Shown one piece after another: positions 11,705-57,736 of a stretch of 64,000 bases of DNA; within the stretch, counting starts at the first letter, position 1, and each line of letters begins with the position of its first letter. The notes under the pieces were generated by a model that was not told where the DNA came from, did no database searches, and saw only the letters and a list, made by a program, of their open reading frames with translations. The DNA comes from Chrysomallon squamiferum (taxonomy: Eukaryota; Animalia; Mollusca). The translations under genes and the position numbers were made by a program. The stretch lies in assembly GCA_012295275.1 (NCBI GenBank), contig CM022671.1, positions 33,604,001-33,668,000 on the forward strand, in the 5' to 3' direction.

Positions 11705-13498
11705 CAAATGTTAACACTATCTTGCCTCACCACATCTGATATGTGATATCAGCACAGACATCTATCATATCATGACCTTCAACATCTACATCTCTTACTG
11801 AACATCCACTGATGAAGGCTTTTATGTTGACCTTCAATATTTGTGACCTCGTCATCTCATTTTTTTTTTTTTTTTTTTTTGATCCCACTGTTGAGCATAT
11901 GGAGAGACTCTTGATGTTATCTGTGTATTTTATTGTCTTCTTACCATTAGTGCGTAAATGGTCTATTTATACTGTACTGTAGGCTACCTGGTTGTTTTTA
12001 GAGAATTTTTGTTTTTGTTTTTACATTTATTTTGAAACATGACAGATATTTATGAATTAAATATATGCGTACAGATTACTTATGATATCAAGAAAAGAGA
12101 AGAAATGAATTTTATTAAAAGTAATTATGACAGATATTAGTGGATTCTGTCATTTGTTTACAATATAATTTTTTATAATGCCAGTGGTGATAGATTCACT
12201 GATAACACAAGTAATAAAATTGATAATGTTCTAGCAATCATTTGTTTTATTTAACTGTACAAACATTAGTTGAAAACCAACTCTAATGTTAGTGATTACA
12301 AAACAAATGATGAATGAATATTTATAATAAAAAAACTTAAACATCAACACACATGTATGAAAAAAGATCTATTCATTATCGTCAATACAAATTGTAACTG
12401 ACTACTCGGATTTCATACAAAAGGTATACATTATACATATATAAAATAATTGTTTTGTCAGTGTAAATTGTGCGTATTTGTCTGTGCTCCATGTACAAAA
12501 TATTAGTGTTTTAATTCTGCACATCCAGAATGTGTGTACACCAAAAATCCCTGCATACAAAAATATCTGCATATATTTTATAATCCAGCATTTATAAACC
12601 ATTTGCATATTAATTGAAAAAACATACATTTTATAACTGATGGCACTGAATTACACATATTAAAGATATTTATTAGATTATATATAATTAACTCTGCAAT
12701 CTTCAAGCAGTACATCAAAAGATTATACAGTATTTCATGCAACACATATTAATCATATCAAATATATGTGACCAAAGTCATGAAACAAAGACCGGTTTCT
12801 AATGATTAACTTCCAAAGCATTTTGTGCCAAGTTCAATGATTTTCTTTCTGAAAATGTCAAGTAAAATGAATTTAGTTACCAGACTTTATATCTGACTCA
12901 TATATAACAGATTGGTGTGTTCTTTCTGACAAATTTATTTACATTAAATTTGTTGTAATTATAACAACAGTTAATGCAATTAGTTATTCAAGTGTTCAAC
13001 ATTATTATTAATCTTTGACTGCTGTCTAGAGAGAAGCTCAATAAAGTTAATTACAATTCAAAAGATTTAGATATTTTGAATTTGTATGTCTGTAAATATA
13101 TTCTGTAAAGTATTTCTGTTTTCATGTCTCGCAAAACAAACTGCATTGACCACAGAATTCAGACATGTCACCAATATCAGCAAGCTGATGGTTAAAATCT
13201 TTTATTTTTCAACACATTTTGTAGGATGCTAAAGTTCAGAATCAGGTTTTTGTATGACAAGGATAAAAACTAATATTTTACCATTTGATGTACATGTAAA
13301 CACACTCAATGTTTATTACAAACAAGTAATTAAAAGTCAGATATGTTGTTACCAAAGAACAGAAAACTTCACAATCTCAACTGCATTTATATTTCAGTTT
13401 TAAAACACTAAAGGTTTCTGTTCATGATCAGTGTACTATTGCTGAAATACACAAGACCAAAGAATATATGTTTTGGTGTGTACAATATCCAGCAATAC

Positions 13499-16400
13499 TT
13501 AGCTAATACTATCAAGGAATTTTAACAATATCCTTAAAAATTCTCCTGGATTTTCTGTGTGCACCCAGTGTCCAGCTGATAATACATGTTCTATCTGTGC
13601 CCTTGGAAATAATTTCTTTATTGCAGGAATGGTCTGTTCACTGTACAGAGAAAAAAATGTGAAAATAGAAAGAAAAAAAAATAATAAAGTAAAGTAAAAA
13701 AGTAAAGTAAAGTAAAGTATGTAAAATAAAGTAAAGTAAAGTAAAGTAAAGTAAGTAAAATAAAGTAAAGTAAAGTAAAGTAAAGTAAAGTAAAGTAAAG
13801 TAAAGTAAAGTAAAGAAATGAAATGAAAAAAAATAATAAAATAAAATAAAAACTAAAAAATTATATGTAAACAGGATAATTATTAACTGAATATTTTAAC
13901 TGCATGATTAGAGAGTAATTTTATTAATATTCAGTGCTGGGCACAGTCTATTTTTGGAAATAATAAAAATTGTAATTAATAAAAAATAAAGCTAATTTGA
14001 ACAAATTATGGAATAAAATAATTTAATGTGGGGTTCATTTAAAATAAATAAAACTGTCTTACTCTTAAAATATGTGTCATTTTTATGACAAAAAGTTTTA
14101 AAAATAAATATCTTCTTACCTTATGTGATGGGAAAGACTACCTCCAATAAATAATGCATCTTTTTCATATGTAGTATTAAACTGTGGAAACTCTAATATG
14201 TGGTTGAAGTTATCAATAATTGCATCCAGATTCAGCTTCCATTTAACTTTTCCCTCTTGCTCCACTAAATTTGTTATAAGAAATTTCCTTACCATCTCAG
14301 ACTGCAAATAAGCAATCATTTTTCAAAAATAAATATAATTTTAATCATTTAATCAGTCCTGCATTTAATTTAAAAAAAAAAAAAAACATTATTATTGATA
14401 AAAAATTGTAAAAAATCAATGTGTTATTGCTATATATGGATATAAAATATTTTTATCCCTGCTATCAAACTTTACATACAATATTATAATAACAAAGATT
14501 AATTAGAAACCAAGCATAAAATAAGTCAGTTGGCAGAGAGAAACATTTGTAATTCAGGAAAAAAGAGATAATTCTACCTGAACTATAGCACTAAGATCTT
14601 CTTCAACCTGTCTACGAACAGTGGAGAGAGGTTTCCCCTCCTCTGGCACATTCTGCTTCATACGCTTGGCAAACTCAAGCAGATCTGTTCCCACTGGACT
14701 CATAGAGGGAGAAACATCAACCACAACTAGAGCATCCACACGTTCAGGCTTAAATATAGAAAAATGATATTACACTGCATTGACACACACACGGACAAAC
14801 TGACTAAACTCTTTTTTATTTTCTACTGTACTTCCAAATAATTGTTCTTTTTTGTGTCTATTATTAAACTGTTTTTATGTGCTTTTTTTTAGGATGCCCA
14901 AACTGTTATTTGATTTTGTCACTGGAAATAATTCTTTGCTAATAATAAATATGAAAGTAATAAAATTACTCCAATAAAAAGTATCTGTAACATTGTGTCA
15001 GAAAATAAATTTAAAAAAATAAATATCCACAGTAAACAAGCAAAAATTAAATAAATAAAAAAAATTGTAATACAAAATTTAAAAAATTTAAAAACAATGA
15101 AGGCATATTTTTAAAAGAATACCCCAAACAAATTACCTTATATCTAAGCAATTAGAATCATTAATCGTTTTCCTTATTTTGATTGATGTTAAAGAACCAG
15201 TGTTAATAATATTCTGTCACTACATCTGGATATTCAGTTAAACATTTTAAGTAACATCTTCAAACTGTCCACATATAAATAGAAGGTATATTTTCATTTT
15301 AAGTTCAAATTTTTTAAAATTCTATTTTGAATGTAGTGTTCACAAAATCAGATAAAACAGCAGTGAAAATATAAAATAACTGCAACAAAGACAAACAACT
15401 AGTTTGCATACCACATTAAGGGCTGTTGTCATGGCAATTTTGCCTCCCAAACTGTGTCCAACAAGAATAGCACTATCCAGCCAAAGTTCATCCATTAATT
15501 TCAGGATATCCTCACTCATTACCTCATAGTTCATGACCGGATTATGCTCACTGTTGCCATGGTTTCTCACATCTACTGTTATTACCTAACAAATGGAGAC
15601 ATCATAGAAAATTAGTGGAAGTACCATAAGGATTAGCTTATTGTGAACTATGCTGTGGATTTTATGACATATAAATTAACTGATTTAATTGCATTTAAAA
15701 AAACATTTCATTATAATATATTTTATATATATATATATATATATTTTTTTTTTAATTATCAGTGTGTTAAAATTCTAACTTAAAATGACAAGAAGACTGA
15801 TGATTGATAACTCTTCATAATTATACAAACAACTAAACCTTGTGAAAAGCACAAGCATACTTCTTATGCATGGCTTGACTGGTACCTGTAGATTAAGTGA
15901 TGCATGCTGACACCTGGTAAAATTAATAGATATCATTCATCAAAAAATTATAATTTCTACTGCTATTATTTCGATATTCTATGGACATGTATCTTTTTAT
16001 AATAGCTAATTTACAAATTAGGTAAATTATATTAGATTTGAATTATATTATTATTAAAATAAATAAACAACAGCAACAATAAAATAATAATAAAAATAAA
16101 TAATAAAATCAAATAAAAATCAAACTGACGTACCTTCCTGCCAGTTTTTTTAACCAGATTCTTAGACAATGTGTGCCAGTTGAGTTTTGATCCAAATAAT
16201 CCATGCAGGACGAGTAAAGGTGGACTTGCAGAAAATTCTGAAGTACCATTTTCGTTTTGTTCATCAATGTGATATGCCAGTTTTACAGCATTTCTGAAAC
16301 ATAATTAACACCATAAAGTGATAAACGATATAAATTATATCCTATTTTAACACTTTTTTAACAGTGTTCGTCAACAGAGTGAAACAAAATACTTTTTAGC

Positions 16401-16609
16401 ACAAATAATCACTAACAACAACAGTAATAAAGAAAAGATAAACAAACACACAAACAATAGTGTTGACGCTTTAGCTGATCACTACAAAATCTAATAATAA
16501 TTATTCTTTCATGCGTGACCTTTCAGTGTTATCTTTACCTGTAATCTGATGCACATCGACAAGTCACTGACCGCGTGGCAAACGAAAACAAATTCAGTGT
16601 TTTAAACAT
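13499..16609 (-). CDS. ABHD11: Alpha/beta hydrolase domain-containing protein 11 (mitochondrial)
   Basis: Exons 16609-16539, 16293-16134, 15585-15412, 14748-14578, 14301-14120, 13640-13499 sum to 900 nt, 299 aa, all GT-AG in phase. Motifs PPLLVLHGLFGSKLNW, VDVRNHGNS, GHSLGGK (nucleophile), VVVDVSP, WKLNLDAI and AGHWVH (catalytic His). N-terminus is Arg/Ser/Thr-rich, like a targeting peptide. Confidence 0.93.
13685..13815 (+). repeat. (AAAGT)n pentanucleotide microsatellite in the last ABHD11 intron
   Basis: Direct reading of tandem AAAGT units. Confidence 0.9.
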
Positions 16610-16779
16610 AATCCTACTTTTATCTTTTTCATGCACGTATTCAGTGGAATGTATTGAAACCTCTAAAGAAACAGAAGATTACTATGGCGAATGTCACAAG
16701 CAAGACAACTTATAAACTGTGATTATACTGCTGTGCAATGTAGCTCTGCAGACGATATATTGTTGTAAACAAACACATC

Positions 16780-16800
16780 CCGGAAGGAAGAGTGAGTCAT
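16780..16800. promoter_or_regulatory. Candidate ABHD11 promoter motifs (ETS-type CCGGAAG, AP-1 TGAGTCA)
   Basis: CCGGAAG at 16780-16786 and TGAGTCA at ~16793-16799, about 170-190 bp upstream of the ABHD11 ATG. Motif match only. Confidence 0.35.
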
Positions 16801-17003
16801 ACTGCGCAAGTCAGAAGAACAATAATATATTCTAGAAAGTTTTTATTATTCATTGTAAATAGCTCTACTGAGACTTTGTTGAAAATAATATCTAAAAATA
16901 ATCGCTATAAGCCAATTTCAACCAGATACCCTGCTTGTTTCTTAAAAATTATCCAAATATATGTACTGAATGTATTTCAAACATTACCTAAAAGAAACAT
17001 AAA

Positions 17004-17058
<55 letters not shown>

Positions 17059-17148
17059 CATGCTAGTTCAGTTTGAATCTAGGAAAAAAAGTCACAATTT
17101 TTAATTAAGAAATATATTAGCAATGAAAGATAGATCAAATACATTTTG

Positions 17149-17640
17149 TCAGAGTTTTTTGTTAATGTTCTTTGATTTTAATGTTGGTGGTTTAGGCCGT
17201 TGGTTGTGAAGGTACTGCAGAAGGTAGAAGTGCAGTATGTCATCGTCACATTGACTCACAGCATGGGCAAAGATCTGGCCTGGCTTGTCATGGGTCCTGG
17301 CAGCCTGATCTTTCATCAACTTGCATATTGTGGCAAGACAGACATGTGTCTGATCTGCAGCATGGCTGTGGGGTTGAACTGCTTCTGAGTGCTCTCTCTG
17401 TAAGTCTGTTATCACAGAACCTCGACAATTACCAATAGATCTTTTGATGCATTTCCACCACACCTTTGTCTTGTGAGTTGCATGTTTGGTATACAAAAAC
17501 CGCTCATAACAGATTTTGTTACCACCCTTATTGCTGTGAAAAACTTCCATATTAAACATACTTCTGATACTAGAGCAAGCTGGAGAATATATAGTGAAAC
17601 ACATTTTACCCTGGGACATTTTATAAAGCATTTACAATAG
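17149..17640 (-). mobile_element. FLYWCH zinc-finger fragment of a Mutator-like (MULE) transposase, truncated
   Basis: ORF 17149-17631 contains SNKGGNKICYERFLYTK..WWKCIKR..CRGSVIT..HSH followed by a helical MK..A...KP.QIF segment typical of FLYWCH-MULE N-termini. No DDE domain follows. Confidence 0.7.
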
Positions 17641-19561
17641 GAAGTCCTTAGTTTTAAAATCCATCGTAATCAGTAAGCTAGACAAGCATCACCCCTTCAC
17701 AATACGAAGCCTCTTTCTTTAATCTAACCTGACCTAATCAATAAGCTTAACAATTACCCCATGCATACTATGATGCCACATTCAATACTTTACAAACCCA
17801 TACATTTTGTTAAATACAAATTTTGACTTTTTTTCCTACACTAAATTGTGACTTTTTTCTGTACATTAAAATCAACAGAAAGTAGTACTGGTGATGATGG
17901 CAGTGATAGTAGCAGTAACAAATAAACAAATAAATAACAAACACAAGTTTCTCTGTTGTACACTGCTTTATTCTGCTATGTACACAATGGGGCCAATTCA
18001 CTGCAGCTTCAGACAAATGACAATAACACTTATATTTGCATACACTCTTCTAAACCAGTTACATCTTTGCTCTATGTTACATAATGTGTATTTACCAATG
18101 TCCCAGCATGGTTTACATAGTTTGGAAAATAAAGCTGTAGCAAATTTCAGTTTTATGATATTTAAATATATTGATTCAAACAAAAAGCCTCAATTTTATA
18201 TACTTTTAACATACAGTTTATTGTTAACATCCAATCTTTATTAATAATGAAGTATGATAATAAAATAAAACTTTTGTGCTTTTTCAGTATGTCACTTATT
18301 ACATAAAATTTTTAAAATTAACACCCTATACTTCTTGCATAAAAAATTATTAAAATAAAAACAGTCAAATTGATTTACTCAATTTATTTTATCTACCAGT
18401 CTGTCTGTCTCTCTCTCTGTCATATTATTATTTTTCTTTTTGTTTATACTGCTATATGAAAAAACAAACAAAATGGCAAACTGTAAACTCCATATATCCC
18501 TAAAATTAATATTTAATGTAATTGTTTTATTAAACACTGATCTGCGTAACAACTAAGATATCTACATGGAACATATAAAATATATTCAGGCTTTCTGTTC
18601 ATACCACTGCATGTATACTCTAATGTATTTTGTGGAAGTATGTAAATCTTACAATCACAGAAAACAGAGAAATATATTATGCATAAAGACAAATGAAATA
18701 AATGAGGAGAGGTAATTAACAATGTCATTTAGAACATTTTCTAATACAATTATTTGTTCCTGTATAACTATCATTGACAATGAAAATAACAGTGAAAAAT
18801 AAAGTCAGCTATTGATGAGTTGTTCAGTGACCTGGATCTAACTCACATTTACATCAAAGAAATTATATCGTACATGCTTTAGATAAATTATGAAATTTAT
18901 TTTCATAATGTCTTTTTTTTTGGTGTACCCACTATTCATTGGCAGTTCAAATAAACTTTTAAGGGTGAAAAAAATAAATAAAATAAAAATAAAAATAATA
19001 ATAAATATATAAATAAACTACATTTTATTTATAGTGAAATAATAAAAACAGCAGAATATTTTCTGAATGATACAGAACACAATTCAGTGAGTTTGAAAGT
19101 TTGAAAAATAATTTCATTTTTTGACCTTAAAAAATGTGGACATAATAACCATTAGTAAAGGCAAGAAAAACATTTTTCTAAAATATTTTAAATATTTAAA
19201 AAATGTTTCTGTAGCAAACTATTTAAAAATAATGACAGATTTCACTAATAATGCTTTCTCTGTTTAGCTTTTTAAATTTAAAATCTTTTCCTCAACTTTA
19301 CATTAAGTTTGTATAAACATGTTGCATGCTTACAAATTATAACATTTTTGTTTAATAAAGACTAGTAATAATAAATTCAACTTTCACTACAGTAAAGCAA
19401 AATATTTCTTACAAATACTGAAAAGTTTCAAATTGGTAACTATTACAAAATTATAGTAAATAAATATAGAAAAAAATAAGTTTATAAATTTATAAATTTC
19501 TGCTATAAAATGCAAGTTAATATAAACAACTATAATACTTTTCATCTGTGTACTGGTGTCA

Positions 19562-19623
<62 letters not shown>

Positions 19624-22600
19624 AAATAAAAGTAATAATACCGGTAATATACATAATCACAGAAGACATTGTTTTAAAAAGATAAAATAATATATTTAAA
19701 GATTTCTGTTTTAATAATATTAAATAATAATAATAATAATAATTACTACCATCATATCAATACTATTTTTAAAATAAATGTTCACATTCTTAGGAAGAAA
19801 ATAAAATAACATTTACAAATAAACTTAATTTTTTGAATTTATCAAAACAAGTGATTAACACTCTATTAAGTATATCATATTAAACAGAGCTGATAGGCTA
19901 TCATAACCTTCCCACCATAACAAAGATATGTGATGTGAATTTGAAATGTTAAAAAACAATAAACAAATTTCTTTGTGGTCTGTGTTAATTTTGAAAAAAA
20001 CTAAATATTCCTGGTAATATTAAACAACATATTTATTTGCATTTTATTAAACAATATATTTGTTGAATTTTATTAAACAACATATTTATTTGCAACATAT
20101 TAAACAATAATGATATCTGTCTATGAATGAACAATATTAAACATGGGTTCGAACGGATAACTGGTTCAAAAATTTTATGTATTTTTTGTGCAGTTTTCTG
20201 ATACATTTAACAATGAAATCTCACTACTATGAATCTGCAGTAATATCAAGTATGATAATCTATGATTACACATTTAATGTAATTAACAAATAATGATTGG
20301 AATGCAAAAAGAAATGATGAAGCAGTTATCAACATCAGAATGTGATATTTTGAGATAGAAACAACTCTGAATTACAGTGTTTTGTAAAGATAACAGAGAT
20401 TGAATGGTCAGTGTTGGAAATCTGATTCAATAATTTTCTAATTCTTTGTTCATCTTCAATGTACCTGAGGCTGTTTTACATATTCCTGTTTACTTATTTT
20501 GATGTTTATAAAAATGAAAAGTTATTACTGATTTGTTTAAACTGACAATGTTTGTTTTTATGTTAATTTCAAACACAAAATTTATGTTGGCATTACAGAA
20601 TGATTATTAGAACTAATTCCATTTTGTAAAAGGCGGAATTGTTGAAAATCCTTGGATGTAACAAATTCAAAGCAAACAATAATAAAAAAAAATAATAATA
20701 AAATAAAACCTATGTAATTAAATGAATGTTACTGTTTCTGCAATATTTTTGGCCAGAGGCAGAACTTAAAGCAATTCTGGCTTCATATTAACATAAAAGT
20801 AAAAAGATTATCAAATTAATTTCTAGCAAAATGAAAAAAACAGTTGGTTAGATTACTAACAGTATATTCTTGTACTCAAATATTTACTTCCAAATAATAC
20901 ATTTATATATCAATGATTCAAATAGAATAAATAAATAATAATACTTGATAAATATAATTTTTATAGAAATGGACACCAACACTGTAACATGAAAAAGATC
21001 AACATTAATATGTTGCGTTTTTTCTTGCAAAGTTTTAGTAAACAGACATTATTAAATTCTATTTACATTTCTCATTTTCAAATAATCTTGTGACAAATAT
21101 CTATCTGTATATAAATAGCAGCAGTCAATAGTCTAAGCAGTAACATATTTAGTCTACTTTAAATTCACACATCTTAAGCAAAGTCGATAATATTTTAAGT
21201 AGCATAGACTATTAATAAGCGACAATAAATATCTGAACAATTTCTAATAGTCTTTAAAACTATATTACCTATCAAAATATATATATATATATTTTTTTTT
21301 TTCAGTCATTATTAGGCAAAAGCAAACCTCCACAGTTAATATTAAATGTAGTTTAAAAACAAAAGGAAAAAAAGTAGCTATGCAGAAATACTGAAAATGA
21401 AATTTCCAAGCCATATTATTTATTGATAAGATATGCATATGTTATAAACAGCATGTATTATGAATAAAACGCAACAATATAACAGAATAATGTTACAGAT
21501 AGTGTTAGACTAACAATATCACTTCAATCTAGACAGTTTTATTTAAAACTTTGATTTTCAAGTATGGAGAAAGAAAAAGGCATCTTGTTAAAAAGAAAAT
21601 ATTCATTTCTTGCATGCTTGTGGTAACATAAATGGTTGTGGTAAGAAAGGCCGACTTTTTATTATGAGCTAAAACTCGTATAACAAAAAAAAAAATAAAA
21701 AATAAAATAATAATAATAATAATAATAAAATAATTAAGGAAAATGATTAAAGGTCTTGTAAAAAAAAAGTAAAAAATATTTAATGTGTTTCACATTCTAT
21801 GATCTGCTGTCTGTATGTGTGTAAATCTGATAAATTACATAAAGATTTTACAAAAATATTTTGCTGTCTTTTTCTTTTTCTTACATTTCTGAAGTTCTAC
21901 TCCTGGTACATGTATAATGATTACATGCATCACTCTGTTAATTAAGATTATTATTATTTTTTAATATCCAGCTTTTGAGCTAATAAATCTTAAATACTTT
22001 AAAGACTTTATTGAAAATAATTTCTTCCAACAATAAAACAGTAAAATCTCCCCATATGAAATCACACTTAGTATCAAAATTATAAAAAAACAATGAAAAT
22101 AAATATTACATCAGGATGTTTAATATTTATATTATCTAATTTAGACAGTTACTTTATTTATTTATTTCTAAACATAGAAATATATATTGAAAAAGTAATA
22201 AAAAATAAAATAAAAATGTAATTAAGTAATAAAGTAATAACAAAAAATACTAATAGTAATATATATATATATTTTTTAAATTAAAAATTTAAAAATTATG
22301 AGGTGTAAGTTCTTTAAATAAAAATTTACGAATGGTAAAAATCAAAACCCTACTCAATGGTTACTTCTAATATACTTTTACCATGGTAACCAATGGCTAC
22401 CTAAGTTGTGTTACTGTTTTATCATCTAGTCATGTTCATTATTCAATACTATTACTATCATTGTTCTGTTCTTCAATACTATTACTATCATTGTCCTATT
22501 CTTCAGATCTAATTGTCAGTCATGTAAACAGGTACTTTAAGAAACCTTTCTGTTTACATTGCCATATTATTTTTCTTTTTTTTTCCTTTTTGTGACATTG

Positions 22601-23965
22601 CTACATTTTTGGCAACAATGTTTTTGTTTTTCATTTTTTACGTTGCTACATCATAATAAACATAACCTTTGTAAAACTTGAAACACAAATTTAAGGCAGA
22701 TAAAGACAAAAGCTATGTTTATTTCTTTCTTCTAAGATTATTTTTTTGTTATAAACAGCAACAACAATGGTAAAAATAATAATAAAAATAATAATAATAA
22801 TAATATTACTACTACTACTACTAATAATAAAAATAGTAATAATAATAATTATAATAATTAACTTAAAAAATAAAAAAATAATACATTTGGATAAATGCTC
22901 TGGTTTAATAATTAACAAATTCATTATCCTACAAAATGTGTATTTTTCTTTAACAGACTTCGAAATTTTGGGTTCATGGTCCAGCCATAGGCAAAACAAA
23001 AATAAAGTTACAAATATTCTGCCTGCCTAAAATGCATGGCCTTTTCCTTTTAAAGAAGACATATACACACACTGACATATATACAGATCTATTTACAAAG
23101 AAATTTATAAATTTGGTTTAAATGTACATGAAACTTTGTTGCTACAAGAGTGATAATAACTGAATTATTAAGTATCAAACTGGACCATCTGATTCTCTGA
23201 CTGCAGGACATATAAACTCTATAGGGTTATCTACTGTTTGTCATGGTTAACTTTAGTCTATTCAGTTAACAATATACTCAATATGTTGTAATTAATATGA
23301 AATGTTTCAATTAGATTTTGTTAAAAAAAAATTTTAAACTTATAAAGGAACAAGAAGAGTTTTATCTTTTATGTGTTTGTTTTTTTATGTTTAATAACTA
23401 AGAAGAAAAAATGGAAAATAATTTCAAATATTTGTTAGTTGTGAAGAAAATGAATAATAAAAATAGCATAAAGTCATACAGTTTAGTAAAATGTCATTTT
23501 GTTTATACAAATACTATATAAAAACAATAATAATAATAATAATAATCAAATAATAATAAATACTGAAGTGCTAAACATTTCTCTTTCCTAGATACCATAT
23601 TCCTTTAATAGCTCTACCATGAAACTTACAAATGCCCATTTACAGTTGAACACACACATACCTACTTACTTTTGTTTGCATTATTGTAAATATGTATGTT
23701 TGTGTGTATGACAGTATGTATGTGTGTATGTAGAAAGGTAAATTACAGCAAGTTTAGAGTTTACCCACTCCATCTATACATGGAATGCTTTATAATACTT
23801 TCTCATCTCAAAACATCAACATTTTGTTCATGGTCCTTTTAACAATTTCACTGTCACAGGATATAGTATTTTTTTGTCTGATGTCTTGTGTCTACATCAG
23901 GTGCCCAATTATGACTGAATTATTATTATTATTATTATTATACAAGTATCTACAATTGTCTAAAA

Positions 23966-27030
<3,065 letters not shown>

Positions 27031-27245
27031 TATCTTCGAAATAAATTGTTAAAAACGTTCAAGGAAGTGATCAACAACATTCAGGGGAGGACAAAACGGA
27101 AGTACTTTGAGGTATTCCGCGCATGACGAAAAATATTAATACTATACACTAAATAACCGATTTTGTATTTCGAATTGGTAAGATTATTAATAATTTAATT
27201 TTCTTGTACTGGCTGATTTGAAACAGATTAATAATAATAACGATG

Positions 27246-27277
<32 letters not shown>

Positions 27278-27550
27278 AATAATAACAACAACAATAATAT
27301 TTTTTTTTTATTTTATTAATTAATAAAATGAAATAAATAATTCAAAATAAATAATTCAGTTATAAAACATTTAATAACTAACTCAATAACTAACTAAATA
27401 AATAAGTAAATAAATAAATAAGAAAGGAAGCCAGTAAAAAGCAAAAGTATTTACCATAATTATCAACAATTTGAAGTAAAACAAAAATTAAATTAAATTC
27501 ATAAGCAATTAAATAAAATATAATAAAATAACAAACAGTCAAGCAAAGAA

Positions 27551-27581
<31 letters not shown>

Positions 27582-27794
27582 ATAGGTACATGGTCGAAGT
27601 GTGACAGCGGTTTGTGCGATAACTCAGTCTTTTTAGTTTATTCTGACATTTCAATCCTCAGTCTAATGTGAAATTATGCTTTGGCACTCTCAATTAATTA
27701 TGCAGAAAAAATAAATTTATATGGGTAATTTAGAGTTTTTGCATTATGCCTACTACCTTTGCTACTTTTGCTACTATTGTTGCTGTTACTGTGG

Positions 27795-27842
<48 letters not shown>

Positions 27843-28016
27843 AAACTTTCATTTTAGTGAATTTATAAAGAATTTGTTTGTTACATCTACATTTGCCTTT
27901 CTGTTTATCCACTAAGATATACCCAAAAGAAACCTCTGCAGATTCACACATACACACATACATACGTAATACATACAAAATACATGCATACATCCAAAAT
28001 ACATACATACATTCAG

Positions 28017-28049
<33 letters not shown>

Positions 28050-28680
28050 TATACATACATACATGCCTACATACATACACATAAACAGATACATACACAG
28101 ACATACATACACATATACATTCATACATACATCCACACGTACGTACATACATACATACATACATACATACATACATACATACATACATACTACGTACATA
28201 TATACTGCAAACATACACACATAATTACATACATCTGTGAATATACATACACATACGCAGTCAGAGACATATACATTTATGTATGACCTTTACAAAAATA
28301 CTGCCTGTTATTTTAACAATACATTATTACATCATTCCAAAACATTCCAGACATTCGTCCTTAAAACATTAACCCCTTTTACACTCGTCCATCCTCCATC
28401 GTCCACAAGCCCGAATTCGAAGAACATCTGACTTTGAAAGATTACAACTGTTACACACAACAGATCAAATTGGTAAAATAAAAAAAAAAAAAAAATAAAA
28501 TAAAAATAAAAATACGTTTAAAATAAATTTTTTAAAGAAAAAATAAATAAAGAAATAAAATAAAAGTCTCCTAAAAAGCTGTACGATTCATCTGGATAAC
28601 ACATTAACTCGAGAAGCGACGAAAATGTTCCGCGCTAGGGAATTCTTTAAAAGCTTCTTACGGTAACCTGGGCGCGAGCC

Positions 28681-28693
28681 ATGACGTCATTGG
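28681..28693. promoter_or_regulatory. Perfect CRE palindrome (ATGACGTCAT) overlapping an inverted CCAAT box; candidate promoter of the testin-like gene
   Basis: ATGACGTCATTGG in a CpG-rich patch ~240 bp upstream of the candidate ATG at 28922. Confidence 0.5.
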
Positions 28694-28921
28694 TCGAGGC
28701 GAAGAACTGACGGAACAGACGATAGAAGTTTGGCGTATGAAGAAGAAGAAGAAGAAAAAAAAAAAAAAAAAAAGAAGAAGTGAGCGAAAGAAATACTGTG
28801 GATATACAGTGTTGCGTTCAGGCGCGGCTGGAACTAACGTTGAATCGTTATTTCGCTTGGAACTTTGAAATAGTTTACAAGTTCGTGGAAGTGAAAAGAA
28901 GGATTTCTTATGGCTGGGAAT

Positions 28922-56621
<27,700 letters not shown>

Positions 56622-56726
56622 TTACAGACATTTTGTTACTTGTTAAAAATCTTAGTTTAAATAGCTTCAGGATCAGGATAGTTTGATGGTTCTTCTGGAA
56701 CGGTTTTCGAAACACACGGATGATAC

Positions 56727-56786
<60 letters not shown>

Positions 56787-57736
56787 GATTTGTTCTTCTG
56801 TCCCTTTGGACAGAATAAACAAATCGTATAAAAGGCTAGAAATTCTTTTTAAATTGTGGAATTAACCATGTCTTCCATTTCATCACCAAAGTTGTGACAA
56901 ACCTTTCTTTTATGTTAGAAGCAATTGTGGGGGTCGGGGGGAAAAAAAAAAGAATCTAGGAAGATAAATAATCGACCGTAGTATTATGATTTCAGTGAAA
57001 GTTAATTGTGACATAATGCATTTTAGTACTGCATTTCGGCTAAAGAACAAATATTCGCGAAATGCTGCTGTAATTTGTATGTGTCAGAGTAACAAGGCAA
57101 AGACTGAAACAGGAAGTTAACGAATTACGCCATCTGTGAAAGTGATTAAAAAAAATATATAAAAAATATCTAAATTTTTATTTTTAAAACATCTGAGAAA
57201 TTTAAAGAGTTAGTGAATGTCAAAAAAAAAAAAAAAAAAAGAAAGTGATTTTTGTTTAGATTTCATTATTTTCTTCCCTTTTTTAAAATAAAAGGACAAC
57301 TGATGTCAGAATGAAATATACCTTTTTGTTTCAATGAATACTTTTTTTTAAAAATTATTTAACATAAAGCGATCTTTCCTTTTCTTGATTTTTTATTTTA
57401 TTTTATTATTATTTTTATTTATTATTATTATTTTTTTTTTGCTTTTTCATCATGGGATCACCCTGTCAGGACTTTGTAATTAATCATTTATTGTTTGCTG
57501 TTGGGAAAATATTATCAACAAAATCTTATTGATGGTACATAGATTCCAGAAGACGCCAAATTAGAGCGAAGTGTTTGAAACAGTTGTAGAAATGCAGCGA
57601 ACCGTGAAACAGGAAGCCGGTGTATTTTTAAGACAACATCTGTTAGATTTATTTTAGAATACTCAATAAACAGGATGCAATACAGATTAAGATTACCGGC
57701 TCTGATAATACTGTTCAAGTTCAAGTACAAAACGAG

